A DNA stretch of 64,000 bases from Schmidtea polychroa (taxonomy: Eukaryota): NCBI GenBank assembly GCA_044892525.1, contig CM097885.1, forward strand, positions 233,740,001 through 233,804,000, given 5' to 3'. This document shows, piece by piece, positions 63,957-64,000 of this stretch. The position numbers were made by a program, and so were the translations under genes. Under the pieces are notes generated by a model. The model was not told where the DNA came from, searched no databases, and saw only the letters and a list, made by a program, of their open reading frames with translations. Position 1 is the stretch's first letter, and each line of letters begins with the position of its first letter.

Positions 63957-64000
63957 CTGCATAGTTTTAGATGAGAACTATTTCACACAATATCCCAATA

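Noticed and set aside
1-64000. tRNA, rRNA, CRISPR array, telomeric or spliced-leader repeats
   Set aside because: None recognised on either strand by eye; a covariance-model scan would be needed to exclude them formally.

Overview
Very AT-rich eukaryotic (probably invertebrate animal) genomic DNA, hard-masked in many blocks. It has short GT-AG introns (about 39-60 nt) and kb-scale introns full of decayed transposons. Best-supported host genes: ARMH3/C10orf76 on the minus strand (18 phase-compatible exons, 58660 to 38793; 3' exons not found) and the 3' part of a long coiled-coil protein gene on the minus strand (63956 to 59851; one exon is 1 nt short). Weaker candidates: a plus-strand multi-exon gene at about 18.3-36.4 kb (tentatively DOCK-like), a small plus-strand membrane-protein gene at 58.9-59.8 kb and a minus-strand membrane-protein gene near 5.3 kb. 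Mobile DNA: Penelope-like elements (PLEs), Ty3/Gypsy, mariner, hAT, a Polinton-type PolB remnant and several MITEs with clear TSDs. The most striking signal is a two-copy short element in ARMH3 introns. It begins with the U1 snRNA 5' end (ATACTTACCTGGCG), follows a shared ~55 bp palindromic/PSE-like upstream block, and leads into a minimal type I hammerhead ribozyme. The copy antisense to ARMH3 is intact (55009-55101); the sense copy has lost its catalytic core (43739-43812). Protein-family calls come from remembered family motifs, not database searches.
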